Source of the DNA: an uncultured virus (IMG/VR IMGVR_UViG_3300018475_001895) | Lineage: Duplodnaviria > Heunggongvirae > Uroviricota > Caudoviricetes | Length of the DNA: 20,000 nucleotides | IMG/VR virus record: IMGVR_UViG_3300018475_001895 | Strand: one strand, 5' to 3' | Part shown: one piece after another, positions 15,236 to 20,000 of the stretch | Layout: the number at the start of each line of letters is the position of its first letter | Position numbering within the stretch: position 1 is the first letter of the stretch | Made by a program: the position numbers and the translations under genes | The notes under the pieces: model-generated | The model's database searches: none | Told to the model about the DNA's origin: nothing | The model's input: the letters and a program-made list of their open reading frames with translations, nothing else

Positions 15236-17594
15236 ATATACAGCAAAAGATATTCAGAGTATTAAAGACGATAGAGAAAGGGTGAGACTTAGGCCGACCA
15301 TATATGTACCTTCAACGTATAAAGATGGCGCTATACACATCATTTTCGAGATTGTCGATAACTCAATTGATGAACTTTCTATTAAAGATTCGGTCGGATC
15401 TCATCTTAATTTGACATTTGATACTAAGACTCGAGAAGTTGTTATTATTGATGATGGTCGTGGTATTCCGCATGAATCTTTGCTCGATGCATGTACAGTG
15501 CTTAATACTTCTGGCAAATTCGATAACAGTGAAACTTCTGCATACACTTATAGTGGTGGTATCAATGGATGTGGTCAGAAGTGTGCAGTTTTTCTGTCCA
15601 AATACTGTGAAGTCACCTCAATGCGTGATGGTAAAATGTTGACTTATGTATTTGAGGATGGCTATCTCAAAGACACTATTAAGGGTAAGTCTAAAGAACA
15701 TGGTACAATCAATAAGTTTACTATCGATAATAAACTGATCGAAGTAAATGATGTTACGCCCGACGACATCCGCAATCGTCTTATCGAAAAGAGCTATTGC
15801 TTCCCTGATATTCACATGACCTTTACAGTCCTGGAGAATGGTAAGGAGATTAAGACCTATACCTATTACGGCAATACTCTTCAGGATCTGGCTAAGAAAA
15901 TGAAGCCGGATACTGATATTGTACAAGTATCTGATACCAGAAAGGTTAAGACTCTTCGCAATATTACCGATGATGATATCAGTGAAGTAAAGGTTATCGT
16001 GGATGCATCGCTGGCATATAGTGAGAAAGCTCTTGACATGGATACAGATGCGATGATCATCAGCTATGCTAACTCCATTAAAACCTATGATGGTGGACAA
16101 CACGTTGAAGGTTTGAAGCTTGGTGTGATCAAATACTTCCGTGAGGTTGTAATTCCCAAGTCTTCTAAGAGAGACAAGGACCTTCCGATTATGCCAAGTG
16201 ATATCACATCTGGTCTCTGTGGTGTTGTGAGTGTTAAAATCTCTAAACCGGAATTCTCCGCACAACATAAGGCACGTCTTATGAACCAGGAAGTCAAGTT
16301 TGCAGTGCGTGATGCAGTATTTGATGCGCTTTGTGATCAGAAGGGTTCTGTCACAAATGCTATGGCGGATTTTGTTCGCAGAGTTACTCGAGGTCGTATT
16401 GCATCTAAAAAGGTTCGTAAGAAAGATGTGGATAATGCTTTCTCCACGGATCGTCCAGATAAGTATGATCCGATCATTTATAATATGAAAACCATTTCAC
16501 CAGAGGTGGTTCTTGTAGAGGGTGATTCGGCGGCTGGTCTTGCTTCATCTGCGCGTGACCCATATAACCAGGCAATCTATCCTGTGAAAAAGCCGAAGAA
16601 TATTTATGACGCTAATTCTGAGTCCATTATGCATGGAGCGCGTTCTGTGTTCAATGATCTGATGGATATCTGTGGCATCGAACCTGGTAAGAAGTGTGAT
16701 CCCAGTAAGTCTACTATGCGTCATATTCTGATGCTGACCGATGGTGATGTAGATGGTGACGGTATTGCAATCAGTGTTATCTGTCTGCTGGCCAAGCACT
16801 GTAGGCCGTTGATCGATGCTGGTATGGTTGGACGAATTCTACCTCCGGCATATTCCTTTCCGACTGAAAAGGGTAAGAAGAAGTTCGTCCGTTCCAAGAG
16901 AGAGTTCTTTGATCTTATCATGAAGAAGTTCGTTAAGGAGGTAACATTAACTGTTGGTGGAAAGAATCTCACAGGGGATAAACTGTATAATTTTCTGGAG
17001 GCTAACTTCAATTATGATCAGAAGCTGGAAAAGCTTGCCAACCGGTATTGCTGTGAACCTAAGCTGATGGAATATATCGCTTGGAAATATCATGGTAATA
17101 ATAAAGATCAGAAGAGATCCTACTGGCAACAGGCATTAAAACAGTATCCCGAATTCAAGATTCTCATTGAAGACGGAGTTGTTGTTATAGACGGCGATCT
17201 TCCTGGATTTGATTATATCAATTTGGCATTTGATGAGAACTTTGATCGACATCTCCGCAAGTTCAAAGACATCCAGTCTGAGAATAGTCAGATCTATGGT
17301 TATTCGGTGAATGGTAAAGATGGATACACTCTATATGAAGTGATGCATCTGTTCCGTAAGTATATGCCGAATGGCGTCAAGAGATTCAAAGGTCTCGGCG
17401 AGCTTGAGAGCAAAGATCTGCGTGAACTTTGTATGGATCAGGAGAAGAGAACCGTTGTTATCTTCAAGTTCAAAGATTTTGAGAAAGATATGTCTAAGAT
17501 CGATGTTATCATGTCTACTAAGGCAGAAGCAGCCGAAGCAAGATCTCGATTGTTAATGTCACTCAAAATTGATGAAATGGATCTTGACACCTAA
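15225..17594 (+). CDS. gyrB: Type IIA topoisomerase subunit B (GyrB/ParE-like)
   Basis: EIVDNSIDE, DDGRGIP, SGKF, VEGDSA, TDGDVDG, RFKGLGE; long TOPRIM insertion. Confidence 0.95.
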   Translation: MAREYTAKDIQSIKDDRERVRLRPTIYVPSTYKDGAIHIIFEIVDNSIDELSIKDSVGSHLNLTFDTKTREVVIIDDGRGIPHESLLDACTVLNTSGKFDNSETSAYTYSGGINGCGQKCAVFLSKYCEVTSMRDGKMLTYVFEDGYLKDTIKGKSKEHGTINKFTIDNKLIEVNDVTPDDIRNRLIEKSYCFPDIHMTFTVLENGKEIKTYTYYGNTLQDLAKKMKPDTDIVQVSDTRKVKTLRNITDDDISEVKVIVDASLAYSEKALDMDTDAMIISYANSIKTYDGGQHVEGLKLGVIKYFREVVIPKSSKRDKDLPIMPSDITSGLCGVVSVKISKPEFSAQHKARLMNQEVKFAVRDAVFDALCDQKGSVTNAMADFVRRVTRGRIASKKVRKKDVDNAFSTDRPDKYDPIIYNMKTISPEVVLVEGDSAAGLASSARDPYNQAIYPVKKPKNIYDANSESIMHGARSVFNDLMDICGIEPGKKCDPSKSTMRHILMLTDGDVDGDGIAISVICLLAKHCRPLIDAGMVGRILPPAYSFPTEKGKKKFVRSKREFFDLIMKKFVKEVTLTVGGKNLTGDKLYNFLEANFNYDQKLEKLANRYCCEPKLMEYIAWKYHGNNKDQKRSYWQQALKQYPEFKILIEDGVVVIDGDLPGFDYINLAFDENFDRHLRKFKDIQSENSQIYGYSVNGKDGYTLYEVMHLFRKYMPNGVKRFKGLGELESKDLRELCMDQEKRTVVIFKFKDFEKDMSKIDVIMSTKAEAAEARSRLLMSLKIDEMDLDT

Positions 17595-17606
17595 AGGAGA
17601 AAGAAA

Positions 17607-18062
17607 ATGTCTACTGAACCGTTGTATGAATTATCTGGTATGTCTCAGCAAGAATTTCAGTATCGGATAGCTGAAGGAATCGCATCGACAGAACCGAAAT
17701 ATGATCCTGACGCTTATGAAGAATATCTTAAGCTTGCTGTACCTGGATATAGAGACAAATTTATGGAAGACTACCAACCCGGTTCAAGATATGTAGGAGA
17801 TGCACCAGTGCGTATGGATGTTATCAACTTTATTGCAGATATGCTATATAATACTGGTGCAGATCCAATTTCAGTTCATAGGCTCTTCAAGTGTGGATAC
17901 TGTTATCATTTTGCAGTAATTCTTGAACATGAGTTTGGCGGGCGAATCTATTGGGTTAGAAACTGTGGCCACATGGTATGGGTTGATGAGAACAATCTTG
18001 CTTATGACATTGAAGGTTACAGAAACGATTTAGATATTGATGAACATCTAGCCACTATTTAA
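17607..18062 (+). CDS. Hypothetical phage protein (GYCYHFA motif), possibly truncated by a premature TAA
   Basis: AAGGAG RBS; frame stays open 26 more codons to TGA at 18141-18143. Confidence 0.75.
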   Translation: MSTEPLYELSGMSQQEFQYRIAEGIASTEPKYDPDAYEEYLKLAVPGYRDKFMEDYQPGSRYVGDAPVRMDVINFIADMLYNTGADPISVHRLFKCGYCYHFAVILEHEFGGRIYWVRNCGHMVWVDENNLAYDIEGYRNDLDIDEHLATI

Positions 18063-18178
18063 GAGCTGGAGCTTATTGGTGGTACAGATATTAAGAGAAA
18101 TCTTGAATCATTCCGTCATCGGTATTTAGATCTTAAACCATGAAGAAAAATATTATACAATAGGAGGTGCAACAGATA

Positions 18179-18559
18179 ATGGCAAATAAAGTATTATCTA
18201 CTGTACGAGGAGGACAGCTGACCGAGATCATCATTTCAGTCGATGGTCCGAATGAAGTGAAGATATACAGAGATCTGATGAAGATGGATATGCCAAAGTG
18301 TCCTCACTGTGGTAAAGATCTCTATCCCAATCCAGAAGATTGTGGGTTCACTGTAAGCAATCCTCTGGCATCTACGTTTGGTATGGAACTCGGTGTTCCC
18401 AAGACCAAGTGTCAGGTTTGTGGTAAAGAAATTATCGATGATACCACACTGGACCTGGACGCATTCCCCAGTATTGTGAATTATCTGAAAGGACTGCGGA
18501 CTGAGTACCAGCGTAGAGTGAAAGCTGCACAGCAGAAGAATAGGGGGAAGACTCAGTGA
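18179..18559 (+). CDS. Zn-ribbon protein
   Basis: CPHCG...CQVCG; AGGAGG RBS before ATG 18179; stop overlaps the gyrA start (GTGA). Confidence 0.8.
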   Translation: MANKVLSTVRGGQLTEIIISVDGPNEVKIYRDLMKMDMPKCPHCGKDLYPNPEDCGFTVSNPLASTFGMELGVPKTKCQVCGKEIIDDTTLDLDAFPSIVNYLKGLRTEYQRRVKAAQQKNRGKTQ

Positions 18560-20000
18560 GCAAAAAGAACAAGAATTCTGGGGAGTTCTTGTCTCTGAAA
18601 CCTATCCCTGGTGGACCTTTCGATGCTTATCTGAGAAAGAAGAAAACGGCGACAGAGAAACTTCCCAAAGACTCCAATGTTTATCTATATGACATGGTTG
18701 ACATCTATGGCAGCGATGAGATTGTCAATATGTCTGAGATTGGTATTGGTGACTATGCCTACGGTAAGGGTATTATTCATGCAATGAATATGAACGTCGG
18801 TCGAAATATTCCCTGGATCGAAGATGGTCTGAAATCCGTTGAACGACGTGTACTGTTTATCATGTGGAGAGATAAGCTATGGGGTAAACGAAATACCAAG
18901 GTTGCGAGTATCGTTGGTAATATGATCAACCTAGTGTATCCTCACGGCGATCAAGCTCCTGCGGATACGATCTTCCGTCTTGGTAGATCGAAGAGTATGA
19001 TGCTCCCCTATATCCAGGAACTTAGTAATTATGGTAACATGAAGGATCTTAAACCCGCCGCATCAAGATATGCAGATGCTAGTCTCTCTGACTATGCATA
19101 TGATTGCTTCTTTAGTGAGATTGGTCCTAAACGTCCTCTGTACGATGAAAAGGATACCTATGCATATGCGGGCAAGGAGCCGATTTACCTGACTAGTAGA
19201 TATCCGAATATTCTAATGCAGTGGAATCTTGGTATTGGTAAGGGTGCAATGTCCTGGCTTGGTGCATTCAATAGCACCGATATTTTCAAGACTGCGCTGA
19301 TTCTGATGGATGATCCTCGAGCAAAAATTGAAATCTATCCTGACACTCCAGTTCCTGTTGAGATTGTGAACAAGAGTGAATTGAAGAAGTGTTTCGATGA
19401 GGTATCTTTCAAGGTCAAGATGCGTGCACCGTATTATACAGAAACCGATCAGCGCATGAATGGTACTAAGGTAGAAGATAAGTATACCATCGTATTCACC
19501 GCACTTCCTCTGGGCGTCACTGGTAATCAGATCTCTGATGAGATTACAAAGATCAAGATGGAAGAAGCAAAGAAGAACAACAAGCGTCTTCCTGAGGTAG
19601 TTAACTGTGAGGTAATTGCTGAAGATGACACCCCTGGTGGTGTAAAGGTTATCATTGAGTATGTACGTGGATATGATCCCCATGTACTTGCTGAGAAACT
19701 TTACAAGTCCACATCTTTGGCAAAGACTGTCGGAGTAAAATATAATCTAATTTTTGATAATCAGCCTGGTGTAAGAACACCTCGTGAAATCTTACTCCTA
19801 TGGATTAATCAGAGATATGATCAGAAACGTCGATATTATCATCAGCTGGTATTGACTGCAGCAAGAGATCGTGCGATCTATGAAGCTCTTGCCACAATCC
19901 TTGGATCTAAAGATGCGATGGATAAAGCTATCAATATCATCCGGAACTCTGCGAACGATGAAGAGCGTATTGCAAATCTTCGTAAAGCGTTTGACTTCAC
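18556..20000 (+). CDS. gyrA: Type IIA topoisomerase subunit A (GyrA/ParC-like), 3'-truncated by window
   Basis: Translated by hand, open from GTG 18556 to the end: RNIPWIEDGLKSVERRVL, YPHGDQA, catalytic PAASRY (Tyr codon 19069-19071), YPNILM..NLGIG.G. Confidence 0.93.
   Translation, partial: MSKKNKNSGEFLSLKPIPGGPFDAYLRKKKTATEKLPKDSNVYLYDMVDIYGSDEIVNMSEIGIGDYAYGKGIIHAMNMNVGRNIPWIEDGLKSVERRVLFIMWRDKLWGKRNTKVASIVGNMINLVYPHGDQAPADTIFRLGRSKSMMLPYIQELSNYGNMKDLKPAASRYADASLSDYAYDCFFSEIGPKRPLYDEKDTYAYAGKEPIYLTSRYPNILMQWNLGIGKGAMSWLGAFNSTDIFKTALILMDDPRAKIEIYPDTPVPVEIVNKSELKKCFDEVSFKVKMRAPYYTETDQRMNGTKVEDKYTIVFTALPLGVTGNQISDEITKIKMEEAKKNNKRLPEVVNCEVIAEDDTPGGVKVIIEYVRGYDPHVLAEKLYKSTSLAKTVGVKYNLIFDNQPGVRTPREILLLWINQRYDQKRRYYHQLVLTAARDRAIYEALATILGSKDAMDKAINIIRNSANDEERIANLRKAFDF

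Noticed and set aside
16900..17370. Long insertion in the GyrB TOPRIM region as a possible intein or intron
   Set aside because: No intein splice motifs (terminal HN, LAGLIDADG), the frame is open, and it lies where E. coli-type GyrB has its known insertion
19213..19683. 156-aa minus-strand ORF (and other antisense ORFs such as 8529-9314, 15618-16268, 12684-13220)
   Set aside because: Shadow ORFs opposite well-supported + strand genes; no motifs or RBS
1..20000. CRISPR array, IS elements, tRNA/rRNA, or bacterial chromosomal origin
   Set aside because: No repeat-spacer pattern, transposase or RNA genes seen; divergent housekeeping-like genes, a baseplate-like gene and the gene order fit a jumbo phage

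Overview
A gene-dense, mostly + strand fragment of a jumbo bacteriophage genome. The protein families and promoter motifs resemble the phiKZ/AR9-related giant phages, and the strong GGAGG RBSs and Firmicutes-like ThyA, dCMP deaminase and IF-1 suggest a Firmicutes host (inferred). It encodes dTMP synthesis (thyA, a DHFR fused to an unknown domain, dCMP deaminase), SbcD nuclease, IF-1, DnaB helicase, a Dda/RecD-like helicase, two reverse-strand probable virion genes, a free-standing HNH endonuclease, and a divergent type II topoisomerase (gyrB and gyrA separated by two small genes; gyrA is missing from the ORF track and runs off the end). Best leads: (1) an HTH + extended MazF/PemK-like operon whose leader and HTH gene are packed with UACAU, the Firmicutes MazF cut site, one copy displayed in the loop of a 22-bp RNA hairpin; (2) a four-hairpin structured RNA upstream of a Lys-rich, possibly Zn-binding protein; (3) two classes of phage RNA polymerase promoter motifs; (4) a probable premature stop in the gene after gyrB. 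All motif counts and alignments were made by eye.
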